Source: a virus
Taxonomy: Duplodnaviria > Caudoviricetes
DNA: 64,000 bases
IMG/VR virus record: IMGVR_UViG_3300043603_000010
Location: 26,648 to 90,647 of that record
Reading direction: 5' to 3' (one strand)
This document shows, in pieces, positions 35,333 through 43,890 of the stretch; position 1 is the first letter of the stretch; the number at the start of each line of letters is the position of its first letter. A model generated the notes under the pieces. That model made no database searches, was not told the origin of the DNA, and worked only from the letters and a program-made list of their open reading frames with translations. The translations under genes were made by a program, and so were the position numbers.

Positions 35333-36015
35333 AGCCCGTACTCCTCCTTCACCCGGTCCACGGCCCGCGCGAACCGGCCGTCCGAAACGAAAGCCTCCCA
35401 TGCGGCACGGTCGGCGGTGTCCACGGAGGGCGCGTTCACTTCCGCGTACCGGTCGTCCCACGGCGCGGTTCCGCCCACCGGGTGCAAGTGCTCGATCACT
35501 ACGTCCGGCAGGTGGACCAGACCGCCCAGAGCCTGCCCCAGGGCGAGCCAGAAGTTGTCGGCATACAGATGCGTGAGCACCGGCGGGGCGAAGAACCCCA
35601 GCGCGGTCACGACCCGGGACGGCATGAACACGGCCGTGGGCAGGTTCGCCCCCTGGATCCGGTCGTCGCCGTAGACCACGGCCGGGCCCTCGCGGTCCAG
35701 CGCGCTCTGGACGGCGGTGTCCCAGTGCTCGGTGCGCGGCAGGTGGTCATCCCCCATGAAGCCGATCCACGGGTACCGGTCGGCGTACTTCAGCGCCACC
35801 TGGTTCAGCGTGCCGACCAGCCGCAGCCGGGGGCCCATCGCCACCCGGTCCAGCCCGATCTCCAGGTAGCGGCCCCGCTCGGGGTCGTCGTCGTCCAGCG
35901 CGTACAAGAAATCGGCGCACCTGGAATGGGTCTCCAGGCGCGCCGTCTCCAGTCGCCGGACGTTATCCGGTCGCCCCCGGGTGGGAACGACAACGAGAAT
36001 ACGTCCTTTGCCCAT
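35329..36015 (-). CDS. glycosyltransferase family 2
   Basis: VVVPTRGRP, GFMGDDH, YADNFW, EHLHP. Confidence 0.85.
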   Translation of the reverse strand: MGKGRILVVVPTRGRPDNVRRLETARLETHSRCADFLYALDDDDPERGRYLEIGLDRVAMGPRLRLVGTLNQVALKYADRYPWIGFMGDDHLPRTEHWDTAVQSALDREGPAVVYGDDRIQGANLPTAVFMPSRVVTALGFFAPPVLTHLYADNFWLALGQALGGLVHLPDVVIEHLHPVGGTAPWDDRYAEVNAPSVDTADRAAWEAFVSDGRFARAVDRVKEEYGL

Positions 36016-36017
36016 GT

Positions 36018-36452
36018 TCAGTCCTTCTCCCTGTTGGACGGTGCCTTCCAGGCGGCAATTCCCAGCACCGCCACGATTCCGAGAGCCAGCACGGACCCGG
36101 CCATGGCCTGGAATCCGGCGACGACCGTCCCGAACAGCGCCATCGCCAGGAAGACGACAGCTGCCACTGCTCCCAGCACGATAGCGACAGCTCCCGCAGC
36201 GAGCGGAATCCCGACGAATCCGAGAATGACCCACTGCCCGTGCTTGTCCAGCGGACCCGCTTCCTTTTCAGCGGGCGGAGCCTGTGGCGGGGCGGCGTGG
36301 TAGTGGACGTGCACGCTGGACCCGCCCGACGGCGGCACCCCGTGCGGGTACCTGCTCAGCGCAGCGGCTTCCCGGATGGCCCGGGACACCTGGTCCTGCG
36401 CGGGCAGGTCCGGGTCGTAGGGCTCGATCTCCCCGTACACCGGCTCAGGCAC
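36018..36452 (-). CDS. membrane protein (Spd-like candidate)
   Basis: Long C-terminal hydrophobic hairpin; downstream of traB. Confidence 0.65.
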   Translation of the reverse strand: MPEPVYGEIEPYDPDLPAQDQVSRAIREAAALSRYPHGVPPSGGSSVHVHYHAAPPQAPPAEKEAGPLDKHGQWVILGFVGIPLAAGAVAIVLGAVAAVVFLAMALFGTVVAGFQAMAGSVLALGIVAVLGIAAWKAPSNREKD

Positions 36453-36729
36453 GGCGCCGCTCCTTCCGCAGTTCGGCCCAGGCGGTCACCAGGTAGATGC
36501 CCAGGCACAGCATCACGTCGGCCGCCAGCAGCATGACCTCCGCCTTGGCGAACGCGTCCGTGCGCATCGGCGGGTTGTGCGCGCCGGTGTAGGACGCCAG
36601 CACCAGGAACGCGACGATGCCGAGCACCCAGTGCACCCCCCGGGCCGTCCGGGTGGCGAACCCCTTCCGGACGATGTCGTTCACGGTCCAGCGGGCCTGG
36701 TGTGCCGCCTTGCGGCGGATCTCCTTCAT
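36445..36729 (-). CDS. membrane protein (Spd-like candidate)
   Basis: Two TM helices; AAGGAGG RBS. Confidence 0.65.
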   Translation of the reverse strand: MKEIRRKAAHQARWTVNDIVRKGFATRTARGVHWVLGIVAFLVLASYTGAHNPPMRTDAFAKAEVMLLAADVMLCLGIYLVTAWAELRKERRRA

Positions 36730-36803
36730 GATCGTTCCTCCTTCTTGTCACATTCGTGTCGCACGCCGTCTGACGCGAGACCCTTCTTAAGGCCAGATGC
36801 CGT

Positions 36804-36879
36804 TTGACAGCTCCTGACACGCTCTGACAGACCCTGGACAGACACTGACAAACAGGTCACGTCTGACAGGCTCTGACAT
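36804..36879. repeat. phased CTGACA direct repeats (clt-like) immediately after the traB stop
   Basis: TGACA cores at 36805, 36815, 36825, 36846, 36864, 36874 plus TGGACA at 36835. Confidence 0.75.
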
Positions 36880-38861
36880 CATCCGCCGTAGCCGTTGACC
36901 GACCGCAGCTGCGTCCGGATCCGGTACAGCGCCTTGCCGTCGCCCTCTTCCAGGACTCCGGTCTCCAGGAGGCGCTTCAGTTCGTCGTAGACCCAGGTGC
37001 GGCCCTTGCCGATCTCCGCCACCCAGTCCTTGAAGTCCGATCCCCGGACTTCAAGGACGCCATCGGCAGCCATCTCTTCGATCTTCATGGCCAGCGCTTC
37101 GCGTGCTTCGTCGGCGCCCACCACCTCCTCCGGTGCGGCCTGCGGCAGGTTGCCGATAGCTCGGACCGGCGGCAGTTCCTGAGTGATGTCCACAGGTCCG
37201 TCCTCCGTCTCCTTGACCAGTTCAGGTCCCTGAGTCTCTTCGTCGGCGTCTTCGTCGGTGCCGTCCGGCATGTCGACCGGGACCAGCGGCAGCCTCGCCG
37301 TGATCGCCTGGTCGGTCAGGCTCGGGATCCCGGCTCCGAGCCGCATCTTCGTGCCCGGGTCCATTTCCGCCCACATCCCCGCGTCCCGGCTCGCGTCCAG
37401 TTCCGCCCGGATCTCCGCGTCGGAGACGTCGAACGTCCGAGCCGCGATAGGCCATTCCTCCGACGGGATCCCGATGAGTTCCGCGTAGTGCATTCCGGGG
37501 TAATTGGCCTTCCACTGCGTGGGGTCGGCCCCGGATTCCAGCGTCTTCGGATTCATCGAGAACTTGGCGTCGTACATCTCGGAGCAGCCGTGGGTAATGC
37601 TCTGAGTAAGGAGTCCTCGCGACTTCCTTTCCAGGTTGCTGCCGTGCGCACTCTGGAGGGACGCTACGACGACCAGGCCGCTGGAGCGCCCGGTACGGAC
37701 CGCTTCGTCGAATGCCGGATTTTCCCCGTCCAGCGTGGTGGTGGCCTCCTCGAAGTCGACCACCACCAGCGGGATCCGGTGCTTCGTCCAGCACTCGGGG
37801 ACCCACTGCTTGTACCCCAGGCTCCCGAGCAGGTCAGAACGGTAGCCGATGGCGTCCACCAGGTTCTTCGCCATCCGGCGGCACTGGGCCTTGTCCACGG
37901 CGGCCAGCCCCAGCGTGTCCGCGATGTCTCCGAAGTCCTGGTAGAACTTGTTCGGGTTGGCCACCACCGGGACGAAGTCGGAGCGCCAGCGGCCCAGCAT
38001 GATGATGATCCGCATGGTCTGGGTCTTCCCGGCGTTCGGCGCGCCGGTGAGCAGGATGTGCCCGGTCGCCCGGGGCTCGCTGGCCTTGCTCCCCGGCGAT
38101 CCGCAGACCCACAGGCCTACCGGCCGGTTGTCCGTGCGCATGCCGTAGACCAGCGGGGAGTCTGCCACCGAACCGCCGCGCTGGGACGGTCCGGCCCAGG
38201 TCACGCGCTTGTCCAGCTGGGAAGCAGCTGTGATCACAATGTCCGCCTGGTCCTCGCGGCCGGGCACCCGGCGCACTGCCACCTGCTCGGTGCCGACCCG
38301 CGCGTTCGAGGCGATCCGGGTCTTCTCCAGCTGGACGTCCCCGACCGTCTTCGGCCGGTTCAGCTGGACACGTGCCGTGACCTGGTCTTCCTCCACCGTG
38401 ACCGTCTTGGCGCGAGACCCCTTGATGGCGTCGATGCCCTTGGCGATCCGTCCCATGCCGTCGTCCGCGCTGGCAGCCCGGTCGTTCTCGTGCGGGACCG
38501 CGAACCCGGTGATACGCAGCCACCAGGAGGAGATCAGGAACAGCGTGCCCAGACCCCAGGCGTCCAGCATGCCGGGACTGTAGGGACCGGTGGCCGTGGC
38601 CATCGACACCCAACCGGCCACCGCACCGGTGAAGACCGTCGCGTGCAGCCGGGTCTGCCGGTGCCGCTTGTGCCAGGTGTGGTGAGTCAGCCCGGTCAGG
38701 CAGACAGCTCCGGCACCGATGATCGTGTCAACGACCGTGTTCCCGCCCCAGACGAAGTTCGTGACCATGGCCACAGGGTAGGCCGCGCAGCACGCGACGA
38801 CCGGTGCCAGGTATGCCGACCTGTTGTTACCGTCCTTCGTCGCCTTGACCTTCTTCGCCAT
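36879..38861 (-). CDS. traB: TraB-like FtsK/SpoIIIE DNA translocase (Streptomyces conjugation type)
   Basis: N-terminal TM helices, GSVADSPLVYG, Walker A GAPNAGKT, Walker B VVVDFEEA, RSSG...SLQ, C-terminal wHTH (RTWVYDELKRL). Confidence 0.85.
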   Translation of the reverse strand: MAKKVKATKDGNNRSAYLAPVVACCAAYPVAMVTNFVWGGNTVVDTIIGAGAVCLTGLTHHTWHKRHRQTRLHATVFTGAVAGWVSMATATGPYSPGMLDAWGLGTLFLISSWWLRITGFAVPHENDRAASADDGMGRIAKGIDAIKGSRAKTVTVEEDQVTARVQLNRPKTVGDVQLEKTRIASNARVGTEQVAVRRVPGREDQADIVITAASQLDKRVTWAGPSQRGGSVADSPLVYGMRTDNRPVGLWVCGSPGSKASEPRATGHILLTGAPNAGKTQTMRIIIMLGRWRSDFVPVVANPNKFYQDFGDIADTLGLAAVDKAQCRRMAKNLVDAIGYRSDLLGSLGYKQWVPECWTKHRIPLVVVDFEEATTTLDGENPAFDEAVRTGRSSGLVVVASLQSAHGSNLERKSRGLLTQSITHGCSEMYDAKFSMNPKTLESGADPTQWKANYPGMHYAELIGIPSEEWPIAARTFDVSDAEIRAELDASRDAGMWAEMDPGTKMRLGAGIPSLTDQAITARLPLVPVDMPDGTDEDADEETQGPELVKETEDGPVDITQELPPVRAIGNLPQAAPEEVVGADEAREALAMKIEEMAADGVLEVRGSDFKDWVAEIGKGRTWVYDELKRLLETGVLEEGDGKALYRIRTQLRSVNGYGG

Positions 38862-38897
38862 GACCGAACCTCCCTCCAGAACCGTTGTGAGCTGGGA

Positions 38898-39302
38898 CTA
38901 CTTGTGCGTCTTAGACCGGCCGCTGTACCCGGCCTTCGCTTTGGCCTCCTTCTCCGCCAGCGCCGTCTCCACTTCGACGATCAGTTCCACTGCCGCGTGG
39001 TAGGCCTGGATGAAGTCGCTGGCCGCGTCCCCCATGTGGTCGGACGCGTTGTCGAGCTTGCGCAGCACCTTCCGGGTGAAGCGCCAGTTCCCGACCTTCA
39101 GCGCTTTGAGCTGGCGCTTCAGCTCGCCTTTGACTTCGCCACCTGCTCCGGCCACTTCGACCGCGAGGTAGTGCGACACCTTGCGCCCCGCCTCGCAGTA
39201 ATCGCGGAAGGCGTCCATGAACTCGTCGAAGTCCTTGTAGTTGTACAGCTCCATCGAATCCAGGGTCTTGATCTGTGCAGGCAGCGTCTCTGCTTTCGGC
39301 AT
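38898..39302 (-). CDS. TraA-like small helical transfer protein
   Basis: Directly upstream of traB as in Streptomyces plasmid/AICE tra operons; helical 134 aa; family call rests mainly on synteny. Confidence 0.55.
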   Translation of the reverse strand: MPKAETLPAQIKTLDSMELYNYKDFDEFMDAFRDYCEAGRKVSHYLAVEVAGAGGEVKGELKRQLKALKVGNWRFTRKVLRKLDNASDHMGDAASDFIQAYHAAVELIVEVETALAEKEAKAKAGYSGRSKTHK

Positions 39303-39329
39303 CTCCGGTCTCCTTCGGGTCAGGCCGGA

Positions 39330-40628
39330 TCAGGCCGGACGCCTGATCCCTTGGATGATCCGTCGTACGCTGTCCTGCTTCACGTCGGGCCGCTCCCGGA
39401 CGATGTCTCCCACGATCAAGCCGGGATCGGTCATCCCCGCGTCCAGCCGTTCCAGGACCAGCGCCTTGATCGACTTCCGGATGGACACCGGAATGGATTC
39501 CGGACTGAGGTCCGGACGCGGTCCGGAATCCGGAGTCCAGTCCGGAGACACGCCCGGATCCGGGACCAGCATGTCCGGGCAGTGCTCCCAGACGAAGTCG
39601 CGCAGCTCCCCTGTGAACTCGAACCATTCCGTACTCGGGACGTTGGTTCCGTAGAAATCCGGATTGCTCGGGGTGTGCAGAACCGGGATCCGGTAGGCCG
39701 CGAAGCGGTCGTGGACCGCGCGTTCGTAGGCGTGCCCCCCCGCCAGCGTCAGCATGACGTCATCGGGTGAGTACCTCATGTACGACGTCCTCTGAGGGAT
39801 GTTGACGGTTGCTCCGATCTTCATCCGGTGCCCGTCCCTGAGGAAGTAGACCACCGGGGGGTGGGGACCTTCGCGGGGAACAGGGACGGGCGTCCCATCC
39901 GGAAGGAGTCCGGTCGGGACCGGAGAGCCGTCCGGAAGAATCCGGGCCCTGTAAATGGACCACGGGGATTGCTCCGGATCGGAGACCCGGGAATCTGAAC
40001 CCTGTCCGGATTCCAGAGCCAGCCGGAGGCGGTCCGTCCTGGACGTGGTCCGGAGGAGTCCGCGCTGGGCATCCGCTCTGGCCAGCTGGGCGGTGATCTT
40101 GGACCTCTCCTTGTCCAGCCACCCCCGGGTGTCCGGATCAAGTTCGGTCGAACTGTGCTTCATGACCAGATGCCACATGGACTTGCTCACGGCTGCGACC
40201 AGGGATCCGCACAGGCCCGCGATCAGGTGCCCCTGCTGGTAACCGTGCAGGGCGATCAGGGCCATGGACACCGCCAGAGACAGCCACCCGGCCCGGCGGG
40301 GAGCGTCAGCCCGTGCATCGTCGTACCGGGAGAGCCACTCCAGCGTCAGAGCGGTGATCCAAGCCAGGTCGAACACTCCTGCCACCAGGTACGCCGTCCA
40401 GGGAGGTGCCACCGTGGACAGGAGAGAGCCGATCGCAACCGTGCTCCACACCACAGCGCCCGCCACCACCAGCACCGTCAGTACGGTGACCGCCCGGAAC
40501 GCGGCTGCTTCCACGTCCAGGGGTGCCACAGGGACGTTCACGGTGTACTCCTGGTCGATCCTGTTGGTCACCCCGTCCACAGTGTGGTCCACCGGACGAG
40601 TCCGGATCTCCTTCCGGAAGTTCCTCAC
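39330..40628 (-). CDS. Spd/DUF2637-like membrane protein fused to a T5orf172 (GIY-YIG-like) domain
   Basis: TM bundle (VWSTVAIGSLL...AGVFDLAWI); later VVYFLRDGHRMKIG...ERAVHDRF...WFE; PD/PE-rich linkers. Confidence 0.7.
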   Translation of the reverse strand: MRNFRKEIRTRPVDHTVDGVTNRIDQEYTVNVPVAPLDVEAAAFRAVTVLTVLVVAGAVVWSTVAIGSLLSTVAPPWTAYLVAGVFDLAWITALTLEWLSRYDDARADAPRRAGWLSLAVSMALIALHGYQQGHLIAGLCGSLVAAVSKSMWHLVMKHSSTELDPDTRGWLDKERSKITAQLARADAQRGLLRTTSRTDRLRLALESGQGSDSRVSDPEQSPWSIYRARILPDGSPVPTGLLPDGTPVPVPREGPHPPVVYFLRDGHRMKIGATVNIPQRTSYMRYSPDDVMLTLAGGHAYERAVHDRFAAYRIPVLHTPSNPDFYGTNVPSTEWFEFTGELRDFVWEHCPDMLVPDPGVSPDWTPDSGPRPDLSPESIPVSIRKSIKALVLERLDAGMTDPGLIVGDIVRERPDVKQDSVRRIIQGIRRPA

Positions 40629-40709
40629 TCCAGCCTCCTGACTTAGTCCATTCGTCCAACCGGTCAGGCTAATGGAAGCAGGGCGGAGGAAGATTGTCCA
40701 ATGCGCCCA

Positions 40710-40818
40710 TCCGGATCCGGACAAAGGACTTCTGCACAGCATCCGGATCCGGATGGAACACCAGAATCGATCCGGACTCTTCCGGACTGGTCCCGGAAGG
40801 AATCCGGAAGAGTCCGGG
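40710..40818. repeat. dense TCCGGA repeat cluster upstream of the transfer operon
   Basis: Exact TCCGGA at 40710, 40716, 40742, 40748, 40771, 40781, 40803 plus near copies. Confidence 0.75.
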
Positions 40819-40869
40819 TCTGACGAAGCCCCGGACACCGAGTGTCCGGGGCAGTCCGTCCGCTGTCCG

Positions 40870-40992
40870 TCAGCGACGGTTCCAGCGGTTGTTCGCCTTG
40901 CGGTTGGCCAGCCAGAGGATGAGGCCCGTCCCGCACCAGACGACGGCTCCCCATGCTCCGGTGTCGCCGTGCTCCAGAAGCCGGTAGATCAT
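40870..40992 (-). CDS. small membrane protein (40 aa)
   Basis: ATGA coupling; WGAVVWCGTGLILWLA. Confidence 0.5.
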   Translation of the reverse strand: MIYRLLEHGDTGAWGAVVWCGTGLILWLANRKANNRWNRR

Positions 40993-41657
40993 GACGTCAA
41001 CTCCGTGACGCGGGGCTTCCCGGCCGTGCTGCTCGGGTTGACAAACCAGATCCACGTCTTGCAGTTCACATGGTGGAACCGTGCTCCGGCGTCCAGGAGG
41101 TTGAGCAGGTATCCTTCGTCCTCGCCCCGGTATCGGCCGTCCGGCAGTACTTCGCCTTCCGGGAAGCCCCCTGCACGGCGCGCCGTCTCCGCACGGACCA
41201 TGTGCGTGATCGGGATGAAGGAGCCGCGCACCCGGATGTGCTCTTCGAACTCGGGGCACCAGCGCAGCCCCCACGGCGAGTAGGGCCACATGCCCTGGTA
41301 GGTGGTCGCCGTCGGGTCGAACCCGTGCTCCATGACCGGGACCGGGTAGACCAGGTCGACACCCGGATCCGCTTCGAAGGTGCGGGCCAGGACGTCGATG
41401 TGCCGGGGCAACAGGTGGTCGTCGTCGTCCAGCCAGGCGACCAGGTCCGTGTCCACCCGGGCCAGCAGCCGGTTGCGGGCCGCAGCGGCGCCGGAGCGCC
41501 CTTCGTCCCGGTCGACCAGGATCCGGTCCGGCTGGCGGGTCTGCGCGTGCACCGAGGCGACCGCGCGCCGGTACAGCGCTTCGCGGCCGGGGATCGTCGG
41601 GACGGCGACCGAGACCGTCAGCCGCTTGCGGCCGGGGTTGCGCCTGTGCTGACCCAT
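40989..41657 (-). CDS. glycosyltransferase family 2
   Basis: VAVPTIPGR, GAAAARNRLL, AWLDDDD, GED motifs. Confidence 0.85.
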   Translation of the reverse strand: MGQHRRNPGRKRLTVSVAVPTIPGREALYRRAVASVHAQTRQPDRILVDRDEGRSGAAAARNRLLARVDTDLVAWLDDDDHLLPRHIDVLARTFEADPGVDLVYPVPVMEHGFDPTATTYQGMWPYSPWGLRWCPEFEEHIRVRGSFIPITHMVRAETARRAGGFPEGEVLPDGRYRGEDEGYLLNLLDAGARFHHVNCKTWIWFVNPSSTAGKPRVTELTS

Positions 41658-41971
41658 CAGATCCACCCGTTTCCGTCGCTGGGCTGCGCCACGCCGGACT
41701 CCGGGTGGATCCGGCTGCGTCGGCGCCGCACAGAATCGTGCGCGTCGAAAGCCTCCTCCAGGTCGGCCAGACGCCGAGCCAGCGTCAGCACAGCGGTTAG
41801 CGCGCCTCCGGAGGACAAGTCCATCTTCAGCAGCAGGCTCAGCTCCGCCAGGTCCAGCGCGTCCTCCCGGCTGTAGGGGACGCCTTCGATCCGCCACGCG
41901 AACGGCGGTACTGCCGGGTCGGCCTGGGCTGCCAGCAGCCGAAGGCAGTCGTCCTTCGTCGGCCGCTTCAT
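41657..41971 (-). CDS. hypothetical protein
   Basis: ATGA coupling. Confidence 0.55.
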   Translation of the reverse strand: MKRPTKDDCLRLLAAQADPAVPPFAWRIEGVPYSREDALDLAELSLLLKMDLSSGGALTAVLTLARRLADLEEAFDAHDSVRRRRSRIHPESGVAQPSDGNGWI

Positions 41972-42267
41972 GCCTGGTTCCCGGTGCAGCGGCAGTCGTC
42001 GTCCAGCAGGCCGCAGGTCTCGCAGCGGGTCCGGTCCACCGGGAAGGGCTTCAGCAGGGAGACTCTCACTGGTCCGCCCAGACCGATGTTCAGCAACCGG
42101 AAGAAAGCACTCATGTCGGCTCCAGCTTCTGTCACGGTAATCCCGGCTACGAGCGGAGCGCCCTCGGAGTGTTCGGCCTTGTACTGCGCGGCCCGTCGGC
42201 GCAGTACCTGGTTCAGAGCCCGGTCCGGGTCGGGACGCCTGATCTTCGGAGCGAGGATCACCGGCAC
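41968..42267 (-). CDS. hypothetical protein with C-terminal CxxC...CxC
   Basis: RCETCGLLDDDCRC. Confidence 0.55.
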   Translation of the reverse strand: MPVILAPKIRRPDPDRALNQVLRRRAAQYKAEHSEGAPLVAGITVTEAGADMSAFFRLLNIGLGGPVRVSLLKPFPVDRTRCETCGLLDDDCRCTGNQA

Positions 42268-42515
42268 GGCAGGTCACCTCCCGCAGCCCAGCGGACCACG
42301 CCCCCGCCCTCCAGGCACGGACGGACCCGGCCCGCGTTGCGCAGCCGGTCCAGGGCGTTGTACACCAGCGAGGTGCGCAGGTCCATCTTCTCCGCCAGCT
42401 CGTTCCGGGTCGCCGGTCCGCCGGTCTCCAGCAGCGCGTACACGGCGTCGTCCCGCGCCTCACACGCGGGGTCGCGCGGCCTGCCCCTCGGCTTGGCCTC
42501 CTGCTCGGTGCTCAT
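42258..42515 (-). CDS. winged-HTH DNA-binding protein
   Basis: PATRNELAEKMDLRTSLVYNALDRLRNAGRV. Confidence 0.75.
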   Translation of the reverse strand: MSTEQEAKPRGRPRDPACEARDDAVYALLETGGPATRNELAEKMDLRTSLVYNALDRLRNAGRVRPCLEGGGVVRWAAGGDLPCR

Positions 42516-42560
42516 GTCCGGGTCTCCTTTCCTCGATTCATCCGATCGGACGAATACAGG

Positions 42561-43016
42561 TTACCCCGGAATCGGTCGGCTGAGCGCGTCGCGGATCCCG
42601 AGGTCGACAGCGGCTGCCTGCGACAGCGCGGCCAGGGCGGGCCCGGTGAGCGTGCGCCCGGTGCCACCGGAGCGCAGTTCCTCCGCACGGGTCGACGCGG
42701 CGGACAGCGCCTCGTAGGGTCCGACGGCCCAGCGGAAGGACGTCAGCCGGACTTCCCCGGGTACCGAGGACATGCCGTGCTTGACGACCAAGTAGCGCGG
42801 CGTGCAGGCGCTGCGCGTGTCCTCGCGGTAGACCTCCATCTCGGTCCACCGGCAGGCGGCGCAGCCCTGCTGCGGGACCCGGGTCCCGTCACGGTGCCGG
42901 TGGCGGTGGCGCGGCTTTCGGGACGTCCCGGTGCCCAGGAGCCACCCCATCAGCTCCGCCCGGTCCCCGTTGCCGTCTTCGACGACCAGTCTCATCGTCG
43001 GCGTATCCGTGATCAC
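42561..43016 (-). CDS. hypothetical protein
   Basis: AAGGAGAG RBS; H...CAACRW. Confidence 0.65.
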   Translation of the reverse strand: MITDTPTMRLVVEDGNGDRAELMGWLLGTGTSRKPRHRHRHRDGTRVPQQGCAACRWTEMEVYREDTRSACTPRYLVVKHGMSSVPGEVRLTSFRWAVGPYEALSAASTRAEELRSGGTGRTLTGPALAALSQAAAVDLGIRDALSRPIPG

Positions 43017-43124
43017 GGTGCTCTCCTTCGTCGTCGGCCGGTCCCAGACAGAGTATGCGGAAGCCCCCGCCCGGACTGCGGGGGATACAGTCCGAACGGG
43101 GGCGCTCAGGGGATCAGGGAACGG

Positions 43125-43727
43125 TCAGAACGGGCTCTCTTCGTCGAACGGGCTCCCCTCGGGGGCTTCGCCCTGCGCCTTCAGCAGGTGGGCGGCGGCG
43201 TTCGGGTTCTGCGCGGCCGGAGTGTAGACGGCGGAGTAGAGGTACTTGATGAAGTCCCCCTGCTTGACCGCGCGGGTACGCGTCATCGACAGGTGGAAGC
43301 CGGACCGCTCGGGGATCTGGAGACCGTGCGGCTCCAGGGCCTTGGCTAGGGCGCGGATCCGGTCGCCGGTGACGTACAGCGAGCGCATCCCGTCGTCGCC
43401 GGGGATCTCCTTGCGGATGTAGTGGATGGTCTCCCAGGTCTCCCCGGTGGGCTCGCCCTGAAGGCTGATCACCATCTGCATGACCCGGCTCTTCGGGTTG
43501 GCCTTGACGTACGCGGGGACCTTGGTGTCCTCGGTCTTCTTCCGGTTGTGCCAGAAGAGCAGCTCACCGCTGTCCTTGTGAGTGGACTGCTCCATGCGCC
43601 AGTCGGTGCCGTCACCCTCGATCGTGAAGCCGTCCCGGGGGAACACGGCCCCGATGCTGCGGGGGCTGAACAGTGCCATCGCATCGGCGTTCTCCGCCGC
43701 GAACGGGTCCTGCATGATGTCGGTCAC
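43125..43727 (-). CDS. single-stranded DNA-binding protein (actinophage type)
   Basis: DDGMRSLYVTG motif, KYLYSAVYTP, acidic C-terminal DEESPF; adjacent to exonuclease. Confidence 0.7.
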   Translation of the reverse strand: MTDIMQDPFAAENADAMALFSPRSIGAVFPRDGFTIEGDGTDWRMEQSTHKDSGELLFWHNRKKTEDTKVPAYVKANPKSRVMQMVISLQGEPTGETWETIHYIRKEIPGDDGMRSLYVTGDRIRALAKALEPHGLQIPERSGFHLSMTRTRAVKQGDFIKYLYSAVYTPAAQNPNAAAHLLKAQGEAPEGSPFDEESPF

Positions 43728-43890
43728 GTGGGTCTCCTTCTCGTATCTTCTTCTCGTGTCTTCTTCTCTGGGTGCGGGACCGCTGTCGTACCTGCCTCGT
43801 TCCAGCGGTCCCGCCGCAACGGAGGGCCGGATCCCACCCGGTCCGGCCGTCCTTGCTGGTTCTGATCCTACCGTATTTCGTCCGATCGAC

